53,584 bases of DNA, taken from positions 1 to 53,584 of the forward strand of contig JAGVFQ010000057.1 in the NCBI GenBank assembly GCA_020057505.1, given 5' to 3'. The translations under genes and the position numbers were made by a program. Below the pieces are notes generated by a model, which was given only the letters and a program-made list of their open reading frames with translations, made no database searches and was not told where the DNA came from. This document shows positions 1-8,865 of this stretch, one piece after another. This DNA is from Patescibacteria group bacterium. GTDB taxonomy: Bacteria > Patescibacteriota > Patescibacteriia > JAGVFQ01. Each line of letters starts with the position of its first letter. Position 1 is the stretch's first letter.

Positions 1-108
1 CGGAGTGGCGATACGGAAAATCAAATGATATACTGGAAAAAGAACTTATACAGATTATTAAAAAACGTTATATCTAGTCTAGAGTGCTAGTCTAGAGCCC
101 ATTAAATT

Positions 109-729
109 ATGAGAGTCAACAAAGAAAGGCTAGCCAAGTGGAAAGGGATAGAATCAAAATTAAAAATCGCTGATATTATTTTAACTACCGATAAACAATC
201 TTATTTGTCAGCGGCAATCAGAAAAGCCACAAAAGGCCACTGGAGCCATGCAGCTTTAGTTTTTTTCGTTCCTAATAAAAAACTGCTTTTTAATAATACT
301 CTGGTGATTGAAGCGCTGGATAACGGCATTGAAATCCATCGAATCCAGAAATACGCCCGCTACATGGACCAATTTGATATTGGAGTCAAAAGGGTCCCGG
401 GCCTAACCGATGAGCTTAGAGAAAAGGTCTTGGCCTTTATGCTTAATAATGTGGACGTGCCTTATGATTTCACTCGGCTTTTCGCTTATCTATTAAAAAA
501 AATATTAGGAAATTTCGTTGAAAAATATAAAGAACACTTGATAAACAAAGACGATTTTGTCTGCAGCACTTTTGCTCAAAAAGCATTTTGGAACGCCATG
601 CCCGAAGATAAAAAAGCTTCTGTATTTTTTAAAAAGGACTTTAAATCTGAATTTAGCTTGGAAGAAGTAACGCCAGCCGATATTGCCCGAAGTAAAAATT
701 GTATTTGGCTCTATAATCCGCACAGATAA
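109..729 (+). CDS. YiiX/YaeF-like permuted papain-fold (NlpC/P60 superfamily) hydrolase
   Basis: 206-aa ORF. It has a His motif GHWSHAALVF near the N-terminus and a Cys motif DDFVCSTFAQKAF near the C-terminus, the permuted order typical of DUF830/YiiX proteins. Recognised by eye. Confidence 0.55.
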   Translation: MRVNKERLAKWKGIESKLKIADIILTTDKQSYLSAAIRKATKGHWSHAALVFFVPNKKLLFNNTLVIEALDNGIEIHRIQKYARYMDQFDIGVKRVPGLTDELREKVLAFMLNNVDVPYDFTRLFAYLLKKILGNFVEKYKEHLINKDDFVCSTFAQKAFWNAMPEDKKASVFFKKDFKSEFSLEEVTPADIARSKNCIWLYNPHR

Positions 730-879
730 AAAACTTTTGCTTTCTACCTTTCTACTGCCTGTCTTTAGCCGAGAGGAGCAACCTAGCATTCCATTTCGGA
801 ATCCCAACTTTAGTCAAGACAACGGCCTCACTAAAGTGAGGATTCCAAACCCCGATTTCCCAATAACCCAATATCCCAA

Positions 880-1416
880 TCACCTCTTACTATACACACA
901 CCCGCAATATTTCTGCCGGTAAAAACCTTGCTCTTTGCTGATATCGCAGGAGCATTTAAAACCATTATCCAGCTTCCAATCGCGGGCAAGAAATTTAACG
1001 CCAGCTTTCTCTTCCGCTTCTTTGCCGGCCGCAAAAATTTGATTGGTGTCTTTGTGCGGACTGATGGCCAAAGTCGTCGTAAAACAATCAAAACCTTTTT
1101 CCTTAGCCAACTCGGCCGTTTTGCCCAAGCGCATTTTAAAACAAACCGAGCACCGTTTCCCCCGCTCGGGTTCTTTTTCCAAGCCTTTAACTGTTTCAAA
1201 CCATTCAGCCTGATTATATTTTTCTTCAATAAATTCAATGTCCTGATTCTCGCAATAATTTTTTATTTCCATCTTGCGCCGTTCATATTCTTCTTCGGGA
1301 TGAATATTGGGATTACAAAAATAAACAGCCACATCATAATCTTTTTGCAACTGTTCTATCACATAGGCGCCGCAGGGAGCGCAGCAGGAATGGAGCAAAA
1401 TTTTCATAATTTTCAA
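880..1416 (-). CDS. queH: epoxyqueuosine reductase QueH (DUF208)
   Basis: 178 aa. N-terminal LLHSCCAPC and a later CSVC cysteine motif are characteristic of QueH. Confidence 0.85.
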   Translation of the reverse strand: MKIMKILLHSCCAPCGAYVIEQLQKDYDVAVYFCNPNIHPEEEYERRKMEIKNYCENQDIEFIEEKYNQAEWFETVKGLEKEPERGKRCSVCFKMRLGKTAELAKEKGFDCFTTTLAISPHKDTNQIFAAGKEAEEKAGVKFLARDWKLDNGFKCSCDISKEQGFYRQKYCGCVYSKR

Positions 1417-1508
1417 TTTTTAATTTCCAATCAATTTTCAATTAATTAATTTTTAAATTATAAAATTAAAACATTCATTGAAAATTAAAAATTAGAAATT
1501 GAAAATTT
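1417..1508. repeat. AT-rich ~90-bp intergenic element, copy 1 of 3
   Basis: Shares the blocks TAATTTCCAATCAATTTTCAATTA, ATTATAAAATTAAAACATT and ATTGAAAATT with the reverse complement of 49951-50040. Also shares the core AATTATAAAATTAAAACATT with 24396-24485. Confidence 0.7.
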
Positions 1509-2772
1509 ATTTTCGAAGATATTTTTTCCCGCGCAATTTGTCCGGTAAATAATCTTGTTTAGCAGCAACGGGATTGTCGTAGTGCGGCGTGTATTTATAA
1601 CCCTTGCCATAATTCAAATCTTTCATTAATCCGGTCGGCGCGTTTCGCAAATGCAAAGGCACTGGTTCATTGGGCAAATCCTTGATATCTCGCTGAACCG
1701 CGCCATAAGCTTCATAAAGTGCGTTGCTCTTGGGCGCGCGAGCAAGATAAGCCACGGTTTGCGCCAAAATCACGTTGCATTCCGGCATGCCGATGAAGTG
1801 GCAGGCCTGATAGGCACTCACCGCCTGAGGCAAAGCATTGGGATCAGCTAAGCCGACATCTTCTGAAGCAAAACGAACTAATCGCCGCGCGATATAAAGC
1901 GGATCCTCACCAGCCTCAACCATTCTTCCTAACCAATACAAGGAAGCGTCCGCGTCCGAACCGCGCATGGATTTGTGCAGAGCGGAAATGATATTATAAT
2001 GCTCTTCACCGGCCTTGTCGTAGAGATAGCTTTTTTGTAAAGAATCTTCGATAATTTCTTTGCTGATTATTTTTTCGCCCTTGGCATTTTCCTTCGTCGC
2101 CTTCACGGCAAACTCCAGAGCGGAAAGCGCCGTCCGCGCGTCGCCATTAGACATATTAGCCAAAAATTCCAAAACCTCACTATCAATCTGAATAACAAAA
2201 TTACCCAATCCCCTTTCTTTATCTTCTAAAGCCTTATTAATTAAATTAATAATATTTTCTTTAGTCAGAGCTTTGAGAACAAAAACTCGCGAGCGGCTAA
2301 GCAGAGCGGAATTGACTTCAAAGGAAGGATTTTCCGTCGTCGCGCCAATCAAAGTGATGATGCCTTTTTCCACATAAGGCAGAAGCGCGTCTTGCTGGGA
2401 TTTGTTCCAGCGATGAATTTCATCAATAAATAAAATTGTCCGCGTTCCTCTGAATTTCCTTTTCTCTTGGGCGTCTTTAATTACTTCTTTCAAGTCTTTC
2501 ACTCCGCTTGAGACAGCGGAAAACGGCACGAAATATGATTTCGTAATCTGCGCGATAATTTTGGCCAAACTGGTTTTACCAGTCCCCGGCGGTCCCCAAA
2601 AAATCATCGAGGGAATTTCATCCGCCTCGATCGCCTTACGCAAAAGTTTGCCCTCACCAATAATTTCCTCCTGCCCCATGAATTCCTGGAAATTCAAAGG
2701 CCGCATGCGATCAGCAAGCGGCGCGGTATTTTTCAGATCTTTATTTAGCTTTGCGTCGAATAAATCGTCCAT
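1507..2772 (-). CDS. rarA: replication-associated recombination protein A (AAA+ ATPase RarA/MgsA)
   Basis: 421 aa. Has the Walker A motif GPPGTGKTSLAKIIA, a Walker B motif LFIDEIHRWNK, and the MgsA-type C-terminal helical domain (HYNIISALHKSMRGSD). Confidence 0.9.
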   Translation of the reverse strand: MDDLFDAKLNKDLKNTAPLADRMRPLNFQEFMGQEEIIGEGKLLRKAIEADEIPSMIFWGPPGTGKTSLAKIIAQITKSYFVPFSAVSSGVKDLKEVIKDAQEKRKFRGTRTILFIDEIHRWNKSQQDALLPYVEKGIITLIGATTENPSFEVNSALLSRSRVFVLKALTKENIINLINKALEDKERGLGNFVIQIDSEVLEFLANMSNGDARTALSALEFAVKATKENAKGEKIISKEIIEDSLQKSYLYDKAGEEHYNIISALHKSMRGSDADASLYWLGRMVEAGEDPLYIARRLVRFASEDVGLADPNALPQAVSAYQACHFIGMPECNVILAQTVAYLARAPKSNALYEAYGAVQRDIKDLPNEPVPLHLRNAPTGLMKDLNYGKGYKYTPHYDNPVAAKQDYLPDKLRGKKYLRK

Positions 2773-2807
2773 ATCACATTAAAACATGCAGAAAATTTAA
2801 GACTTAA

Positions 2808-3368
2808 TTATAGTTGAAACTTTTCCTTAATCTGTTTTGCTACCTCTTTAGCACTTAAATTCGTATTATCAATACGAATATAATTATTCTTTTTTATTTC
2901 TTCATCTTTTGAATTCAATCTATGTTTATCCATTGAATCTCTCAACTCTTTTTCAGATCTTTCAATATCTCTTTTTGTGGGCTTATGCTCTAATCTATGA
3001 GGACTTTTATTGCGCTCAATCCTTTCATTTAGATCAGCTTCTAATTCTACAAAATAAACTACCCCGCCTTTTGACTCAAAAATATCACAAACTTTATTAA
3101 CATAATCCCAGTCTGATTGCTCATCAAAGGCCCACAAATAAGTAAAAATCAGCCCCTCCAAATCACTTTTAGCAACTTCTTTAAAAATCTCCTGGCGAAA
3201 AAGATTTACTAGTCTCTTTCCAACATCACTACCATAACTAAAAAATGGAGAAACTAATTCAATAGTCATATGATTATGAAAAAGTTTCAAACCCGTTATT
3301 TTTTCAAGTTCATGACCGACTGTCATTTTACCAACGGCCTGCGGACCGAAAATTAAGATAAGCTTCAT
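2808..3368 (-). CDS. P-loop NTPase / small-molecule kinase-like protein
   Basis: 186 aa with an N-terminal P-loop (IFGPQAVGKMTVG). No more specific family was recognised. Confidence 0.55.
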   Translation of the reverse strand: MKLILIFGPQAVGKMTVGHELEKITGLKLFHNHMTIELVSPFFSYGSDVGKRLVNLFRQEIFKEVAKSDLEGLIFTYLWAFDEQSDWDYVNKVCDIFESKGGVVYFVELEADLNERIERNKSPHRLEHKPTKRDIERSEKELRDSMDKHRLNSKDEEIKKNNYIRIDNTNLSAKEVAKQIKEKFQL

Positions 3369-3383
3369 ACTTTTTATTATTAC

Positions 3384-3427
3384 CCCGCTTTAGCGGGCCT
3401 TCAATATTTTTAGCCCACTAAAGTGGG
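3384..3427. repeat. pair of inverted small hairpins (CCCGCTTTAGCGGG / CCCACTAAAGTGGG)
   Basis: Two 14-nt hairpins in opposite orientation, separated by an AT-rich spacer. The same arrangement recurs at 8791-8857. Confidence 0.6.
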
Positions 3428-3449
3428 GAAATAATTAAATATAATAGAG

Positions 3450-5174
3450 CTAACCCCTCCGCCTAATCCACTGCTCAAAATCCTTTAAAGCCAGCGTATT
3501 TATTACATCACTCTTCCTCGCCCAGCCTCGCCTCGCCTGGGAGACACCATAGCGCATTAAGTCCAAATGATCAAGCTGATGCGTGTCCGTGTCAATCACA
3601 ATTTTTACGCCGAATTTAATCGCTTCTTTAATCAAAACATCTTTGAGGTCCAAGCGATCAGGAAAGGAATTGACTTCCATCGCCACTTGATTTTTCGCCG
3701 CCACGCGGAAAATTTCCTGCCAATCAGCCTGATATGCCTCGCGCTCGCCAATAATCCGGCCTGAAGGATGCCCCAGAATATCAATCTCTGGATGATTTAG
3801 AGCTTTGATAATTCTTTTGGTCATTACTTCTTTGGTTTGATTGAAACTTGAATGGACCGAACCGATGACAATATCCAATTTTTGAAGCGTCGCGTGGTCA
3901 ATATCCAAATTTCCGGCAGCGGTAATATTTACTTCCGCGCCATTGAATAATCTGAAATTGCGAAATTTCTTGTTCAATTGATTAATCCTCGTAATCTGTT
4001 TCATCAATCTCTTTTCATCCAAGCCGCGCGCCACGCCCAGGCCTTTGGTATGGTCGGAAATATCTAAATATTCATAACCCAATTCCATCGCTCTCTTTGC
4101 CAGCTCTTCCGGCTTCTGGCTGCCGTCGCTTTCTTCGGTATGGACGTGCAGATCGCCCTTAATATCTTTTAGTTCAATTAATTTTGGTAATTTGTGCGCC
4201 AGGGCCGCGTCGATTTCGCCCGTATCCTCTCTTAATTCCGGCGGAATGTATTGCATGCTCAAAAATTCGTAAAACTTTTTTTCATCGTTAAAGTGATAAG
4301 TTTTGCCTTTTTTAACCACGCCGTATTCGGAAATTTTTAACCCCTTTCCTTGTGCCCAAGTACGTAAGCGGACATTATGTTCCTTTGAACCGGTAAAATG
4401 CTGAAGTAATGATCCATAATCTTCGGCCGGCAAAATCTCCAAATCAACGCGGACGTTATATTTGTGGATTAGCGAAGCCTTGGTCAGGCCGGAAGACAAG
4501 ACTCGTTTAAAAACCGGCTGTCTCACAAAAAAATCAATCACTTCGCGGGGATTCTTGGCCGCAGCGATAATATCAACATCACCGATTGTTTCTTTCATGC
4601 GGCGCAGACTGCCAACGGCATCGCATTTTTCCACCATAGACAATGTTTTGAGACGGGCAATTAAATCGCGCGCGATCGGTTCGGCGATATTTAAAAGCAC
4701 TCTTTCTTTTTCGATTTTTTTCTTTTTTAATAATTCAATCCCGCGCAAAATATTTCGTTCGCTGATAATGCCAAAATGGGGAATCTTTTCGATTTTCCCG
4801 GACTTGGCCGCTTTTTCCAATTCTTTCACGCCTTTGATCTTGTATTTTTCAAATAGCATCTTCGCTATTTTCGGACCAACGCCGGGGATCTCAGTCAAGG
4901 CAATCTCTCCCTCTGGCACTTTCTTTTTTAAATTTTCATAATATTTCGATTTGCCGTTTTGCAAAAGATCGGCAATCTTTTCCGCGATTGACGGGCCAAC
5001 GCCTTCAATCTCTTCCAATTTGCCTTGTTTCCAAATATCGCGGATGTCTTCCGGCAAATGTTCGACCGAATGCGCCGCTTTTTCATAAGCCACCACCCGA
5101 AATTTGCTCTCGCCGATGATTTCGAGCATGGCAGCAATATTGTATAAAAATTGGGCGACTTCTTGGTTGGTCAT
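3450..5174 (-). CDS. polX: family X DNA polymerase with C-terminal PHP phosphoesterase domain
   Basis: 574 aa. Has N-terminal HhH motifs (IEGVGPSIAEKI, IPGVGPKIAKML), a Pol-beta-like nucleotidyltransferase motif (GSLRRMKETIGDVDII) and a PHP motif (GDLHVHTEESDGS). Confidence 0.9.
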   Translation of the reverse strand: MTNQEVAQFLYNIAAMLEIIGESKFRVVAYEKAAHSVEHLPEDIRDIWKQGKLEEIEGVGPSIAEKIADLLQNGKSKYYENLKKKVPEGEIALTEIPGVGPKIAKMLFEKYKIKGVKELEKAAKSGKIEKIPHFGIISERNILRGIELLKKKKIEKERVLLNIAEPIARDLIARLKTLSMVEKCDAVGSLRRMKETIGDVDIIAAAKNPREVIDFFVRQPVFKRVLSSGLTKASLIHKYNVRVDLEILPAEDYGSLLQHFTGSKEHNVRLRTWAQGKGLKISEYGVVKKGKTYHFNDEKKFYEFLSMQYIPPELREDTGEIDAALAHKLPKLIELKDIKGDLHVHTEESDGSQKPEELAKRAMELGYEYLDISDHTKGLGVARGLDEKRLMKQITRINQLNKKFRNFRLFNGAEVNITAAGNLDIDHATLQKLDIVIGSVHSSFNQTKEVMTKRIIKALNHPEIDILGHPSGRIIGEREAYQADWQEIFRVAAKNQVAMEVNSFPDRLDLKDVLIKEAIKFGVKIVIDTDTHQLDHLDLMRYGVSQARRGWARKSDVINTLALKDFEQWIRRRG

Positions 5175-5207
5175 GAATTTAAAAATATAAAAATAATTTT
5201 AATTTTT

Positions 5208-5927
5208 TCAAAATCTCAGATAATTTTGCCAATAATCGTACAGATCGCGCGTCGCTCGCAGATCGCCCACGTTGTATTTGGCGATATCTATATATTTTTT
5301 CTCTTTGAACAACCGGCTGACATCGTCGCCGGTGATGCCCTCGGCTTTGGGGCTTTTGATGCCAAACAATCTGCACCAAAGATGCAGGCTCCACTTGCGC
5401 CTGACCGCGCCGTAAAAAGAGAGCTGATCCATCAAATCAATATGCGTCGCGCTGAATTTTTGGCTATTCAGATAACGGTTGGACATTAGATCTTTGGTTG
5501 GCTTGATTTTGTACAAAGCCGAACGGATCATAAGGAATGGCACGTCAAATCCTCGGCCGTTAAAACTGATAAATTCATTGTAGCCGACCGCACCTTTCCA
5601 AAAATTCAGAAGCATTTCTTTCTCAGTCATTTGCTTGAATTTCACTCCATCTTCTTCGAATTCGCCGATGGTCTTCCCCGGCGCCTGGAAACAAACCACG
5701 GCCTGGTCTTTTTCCTCGTCCAAAACGCCAATCACGACGATTTCGCCGGTGAGCGGCGAAAATCCCAAACCATTTTTCAGTTCTTCTAACTCTTTTTTAT
5801 ATTCATCTTCATTTTCTGACTCTTTTTTGATCCAGCGAGTAAGAACGTCTTGTGTGGTTTGATCCAACGAGTCAAAATCCTCGCCAATAGTCTCAATGTC
5901 GAAAATTAGTTTAGGCATAATAAACAC
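5208..5927 (-). CDS. RNase H-fold 3'-5' exonuclease-like protein (PolB-exonuclease-like)
   Basis: 239 aa. N-terminal LIFDIETIG (ExoI-like DxE) and a later YNVGDLRAT (ExoIII-like). Directly upstream of polX on the same strand. Confidence 0.6.
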   Translation of the reverse strand: MFIMPKLIFDIETIGEDFDSLDQTTQDVLTRWIKKESENEDEYKKELEELKNGLGFSPLTGEIVVIGVLDEEKDQAVVCFQAPGKTIGEFEEDGVKFKQMTEKEMLLNFWKGAVGYNEFISFNGRGFDVPFLMIRSALYKIKPTKDLMSNRYLNSQKFSATHIDLMDQLSFYGAVRRKWSLHLWCRLFGIKSPKAEGITGDDVSRLFKEKKYIDIAKYNVGDLRATRDLYDYWQNYLRF

Positions 5928-5981
5928 ATAAAAATCGTTATTTATGCCTTAATTTTATAATTTTTAACTAAAAAAAGCAAT

Positions 5982-6016
5982 AAAAAACCCAGAACCTATA
6001 TCTGCTTGGTTCTGGG
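5982..6016 (-). terminator. rho-independent terminator
   Basis: On the minus strand: CCCAGAACC, an 11-nt loop, GGTTCTGGG, then TTTTTTATTGCTTTTTTT. Confidence 0.75.
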
Positions 6017-6130
6017 TATGGCCTCCCCTAGAAGGAAAAATGGTTGTAGGACTATTACATTAGGTTTGCACCAGTTCCAGCACATTGCCTGGGCCCTTTC
6101 GGTTATACTGCCATTCATAGCCCTACAACC
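5982..6130 (-). ncRNA. candidate ~150-nt structured small RNA or cis-acting leader (class unknown)
   Basis: Lies between a sigma70-like promoter (6137-6165) and the terminator above. The 5' and 3' ends of the first domain pair as GGTTGTAGGGCTAT / ATAGTCCTACAACC (about 14 bp). There is an internal ACC-GAAA-GGG tetraloop hairpin and no ORF. Confidence 0.4.
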
Positions 6131-6136
6131 GAAGAT

Positions 6137-6165
6137 ATCTTATTAGAACTGTAAAAAATTGTCAA
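6137..6165 (-). promoter_or_regulatory. sigma70-like promoter (TTGACA - 17 nt - TAAGAT)
   Basis: The minus strand reads TTGACAattttttacagttctaaTAAGAT. The closed stem of the RNA candidate starts about 7 nt downstream. Confidence 0.55.
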
Positions 6166-6195
6166 TATTTCTTATCCCCAAAAAAGATAAATCGC

Positions 6196-6654
6196 CTATT
6201 TTCTAATTCCCTTTATCTTCTCGCTCAAAAAATCAAAAAAATGTCCCAGCGACCGCCAATAAATAATATTCAATAATAAAAGCGTAACAATAATTATCGC
6301 GTCATAGCTTTGCCTGATCCAATAATCATCTTCCAGCCGCACCCACATGCCAAATTCATCAAAGGTAAGGCCAAGACCGATACCATAAATCAAAGATATC
6401 CAAGTATATTTTCTTGATTCCGATTCCGGCCGAATTAAAATTAAATAAAGGCTCACAAAAACCAAAATAACCACGCCGTAAGTGAAATGATGGATATGAA
6501 CACCCTTAACCGTGAGAAAAAAATCCGGCAGCAAGCGATCAAGAACTAAATAAACTATTAAACGGGCGATTACGAATGTAATCAAAAAAGCAAATAAAAC
6601 AATACTGATTAATCTCTTGGTCGCCTGCGATGTTGCTTTGATCGGTAAAGGCAT
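6196..6654 (-). CDS. multi-pass membrane protein, unknown function
   Basis: About 4 hydrophobic helices. I chose the internal ATG (MPLPIK...) at 6654 so the gene does not overlap the upstream gene's stop at 6659. Confidence 0.5.
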   Translation of the reverse strand: MPLPIKATSQATKRLISIVLFAFLITFVIARLIVYLVLDRLLPDFFLTVKGVHIHHFTYGVVILVFVSLYLILIRPESESRKYTWISLIYGIGLGLTFDEFGMWVRLEDDYWIRQSYDAIIIVTLLLLNIIYWRSLGHFFDFLSEKIKGIRK

Positions 6655-6658
6655 AAAA

Positions 6659-8371
6659 TTACCAGCTCCCTCCCCCGCCGCCGCCAAATCCGCCGCCAGA
6701 GCCGCCTCCGCTAAAACCGCTGCCGCCGCTTGAAGATGAAGATGGGCTAGACGCTAAAGTTGAATGGGCCTGCGATTGAAAACTGTTCAAACTACTGACT
6801 AAAGCCAGGGTAGTAAAATTTCCATGCGTCGGATCATTATACCAATTTGGCTGCTGATTATAAATGTCTTTAAATTGGCCAGCCCATTCCTCTTCTACGC
6901 CCAAAACCATGGCATAAGGCAAAAATTTTTCAAATTCCTGCGGATTTTTTTCTGGCGCATTATGAAATTTGATTCGATCTTTTTCAGCGACTGTTAAATA
7001 CAGTTTTAATCCCAAAATTTTCTCTTTGGCCAAGACTCCTTTCGCTGTTCTCGCGGGCATGAAAGGGCTCGAAATCAAGACTATAATTCCGCAAGCGACA
7101 AGACTCCCAATGCCCAAGCCGCCGAAGAATGGACCGATAAAGAAAGCTAAAAACAAGATGGCTACGCCAGCCACTGCATATGCAATTCTTGTTGTACTGG
7201 GATTTTTAGAAAAATAACCTTTGCTCACTGTCGATTTATAAACCAAATTGGTAACTGTCTGCAAATCTTTGTAAAATTTATTTTTCAAATCAGAAAGTTT
7301 CGCGCTCTCGCCGGAAGAGAATAAACCGGCTATTAATTTTTTATCAAATTCATCAGCCAAATCATCGGGCTGTTTCAGCCGATCAAATTTGTAATCAACC
7401 TTGCCGAAAAATCCTTCTTTGGGAATATAATTGATTTTCAAATAACCGCGCACGGCTAAACTAATAATCTCCGCCGAAACGTCTTTCTTGTCCGCTTTTT
7501 CATCGATAAGCGTGCCAACTTCTATGGGGGTGAGATTGTCCGGCGCTTCATATTCGGGGATAATAGTCCCGCGTCCCTCCGGATCTCGGCCATATTTTCG
7601 CCAGCGGAAAAATAGAAACAAGAAAACTATAATCGGCAAAATCAAAATCAAATTATCTCGAACAGTTTCCAAAATCAATTCCCAAACACTCGGCTTTTTA
7701 ACTACGCCAATTGGCCAACCCAACACCGCTGTCATGCCTTCACCAATGTCAAGATTTGACGCGCCATAAACCCCCTCACGAGCCATTCCATTCATATCAT
7801 AAGCAATACTGCTATTACAATTCTCAGTGCTCCCATACGCGCCGTAATAGCAAGCGATTTTAAGTTCTTCTTTTTTAAAATCTTGGGGCAATTCAAGAGT
7901 AGCCGTTGTTTTGTCTATCGGGATAGTCCAATCATTGCCCGTGGCATTCCAATACAGCTCGTCATAATCAGAAAAGTAATTAATCGCGCGATTAATTTTA
8001 TAATTTATCACGTAGGTCTTCTCTCCGGTCACTAATCGATCGGCATCGCCGATTTTGATATTAATATTATCGCCCGAGTAAGTAATGTCCGTAGTATATG
8101 GCTCATTGTTTTGGTCAACAACTGAAATATCGGAAATTCGAAGATTGAAATTGCCGCCACGGGCCTGGTATTTAATCGGTATCTCGCGATAGATGCCATG
8201 CTTTTCCGCCTCGCTAAAATCATAAACAATTTTTTCTTCAACATTAATCGTTGCGTCAATATTAATTCTGATAGCAACATCAAAATTGGCAATCCTTTCT
8301 TCAGCCAAAACTGTTCGGCCGAAAAACAATCCTGCTATAATCAAACTAAAAATAAAAAAATATTTTTTCAT
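6659..8371 (-). CDS. DUF2207-family membrane protein
   Basis: 570 aa. Signal peptide, a large extracytoplasmic domain, central TM helices and a Gly/Ser-rich tail (SSSSGGSGFSGGGSGGGFGGGGGGSW) typical of DUF2207. Confidence 0.75.
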   Translation of the reverse strand: MKKYFFIFSLIIAGLFFGRTVLAEERIANFDVAIRINIDATINVEEKIVYDFSEAEKHGIYREIPIKYQARGGNFNLRISDISVVDQNNEPYTTDITYSGDNINIKIGDADRLVTGEKTYVINYKINRAINYFSDYDELYWNATGNDWTIPIDKTTATLELPQDFKKEELKIACYYGAYGSTENCNSSIAYDMNGMAREGVYGASNLDIGEGMTAVLGWPIGVVKKPSVWELILETVRDNLILILPIIVFLFLFFRWRKYGRDPEGRGTIIPEYEAPDNLTPIEVGTLIDEKADKKDVSAEIISLAVRGYLKINYIPKEGFFGKVDYKFDRLKQPDDLADEFDKKLIAGLFSSGESAKLSDLKNKFYKDLQTVTNLVYKSTVSKGYFSKNPSTTRIAYAVAGVAILFLAFFIGPFFGGLGIGSLVACGIIVLISSPFMPARTAKGVLAKEKILGLKLYLTVAEKDRIKFHNAPEKNPQEFEKFLPYAMVLGVEEEWAGQFKDIYNQQPNWYNDPTHGNFTTLALVSSLNSFQSQAHSTLASSPSSSSSGGSGFSGGGSGGGFGGGGGGSW

Positions 8372-8383
8372 AATTATAATAAT

Positions 8384-8779
8384 TTATTTTTTAGCCCGGC
8401 CGTAATCATCGCTATAGCGAGTAATATCATTCTCATCAAATTCGCCTTCGCTGATTTCAATAAAAATTAAATTAATCTTTTCTGAAATATTGCCGATGCG
8501 ATGTTTGGCATTTTCTTTAATGGAAACAACAGAACCCTTGCCGACTAAAATTTCTTCATCATCTTTTATCACCTTACCTTGGCCCTGCGCGACAAACCAT
8601 GTCTCGCGCCTTTTCCTATGTGACTGATATGAGAGCATCTGCCCAGGCTTAACCGTAATTTTTTTAATCACCACTTCCCGACCGGGAAAATCAGCATAGC
8701 CATTTTCAACCTCAAATTCCTTAATTACTTCAAAACTCCCCCATGGCCGCTCTTCAAAATTTTTGGCGTTTTTGGCCAT
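8384..8779 (-). CDS. cupin-domain protein (mannose-6-phosphate isomerase type II C-terminal-like)
   Basis: 131 aa. ERPWGSFEV ... SYQSHRKRRETWFV ... AKHRIGN matches the cupin motifs of type II PMI C-terminal domains. Confidence 0.65.
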   Translation of the reverse strand: MAKNAKNFEERPWGSFEVIKEFEVENGYADFPGREVVIKKITVKPGQMLSYQSHRKRRETWFVAQGQGKVIKDDEEILVGKGSVVSIKENAKHRIGNISEKINLIFIEISEGEFDENDITRYSDDYGRAKK

Positions 8780-8790
8780 AATAAAAATAT

Positions 8791-8857
8791 TATACCCTGC
8801 TTTAGCAGGCTAAAACTAAAATATTATAAAATTACAAGCCCGCTAAAGCGGGGTATA
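8791..8857. repeat. pair of inverted small hairpins (TATACCCTGCTTTAGCAGG / CCCGCTAAAGCGGGGTATA)
   Basis: Same family as 3384-3427. The two copies are inverted around an AT-rich spacer. Confidence 0.6.
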
Positions 8858-8865
8858 ATTATTTA

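Noticed and set aside
1-90. Possible 3' end of an upstream plus-strand gene (frames ending at 77 or 90)
   Set aside because: The stretch is too short to assign a frame or product.
505-1449. ORFs 505-807(-), 683-922(+), 831-1238(-) and 928-1449(+)
   Set aside because: They overlap or lie antisense to the well-supported YiiX-like and queH genes. Their content is low-complexity (FFF, KKK runs) and they have no motifs.
6021-6130. SRP (4.5S) RNA, 6S RNA or Y-RNA identity for the structured RNA candidate
   Set aside because: A closed terminal stem is present. However, I could not find the conserved SRP helix-8 motif (GGAA tetraloop with AGCA/GGUCC loops), a 6S-type central bubble, or a tRNA-like T arm. 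It is left as unclassified.
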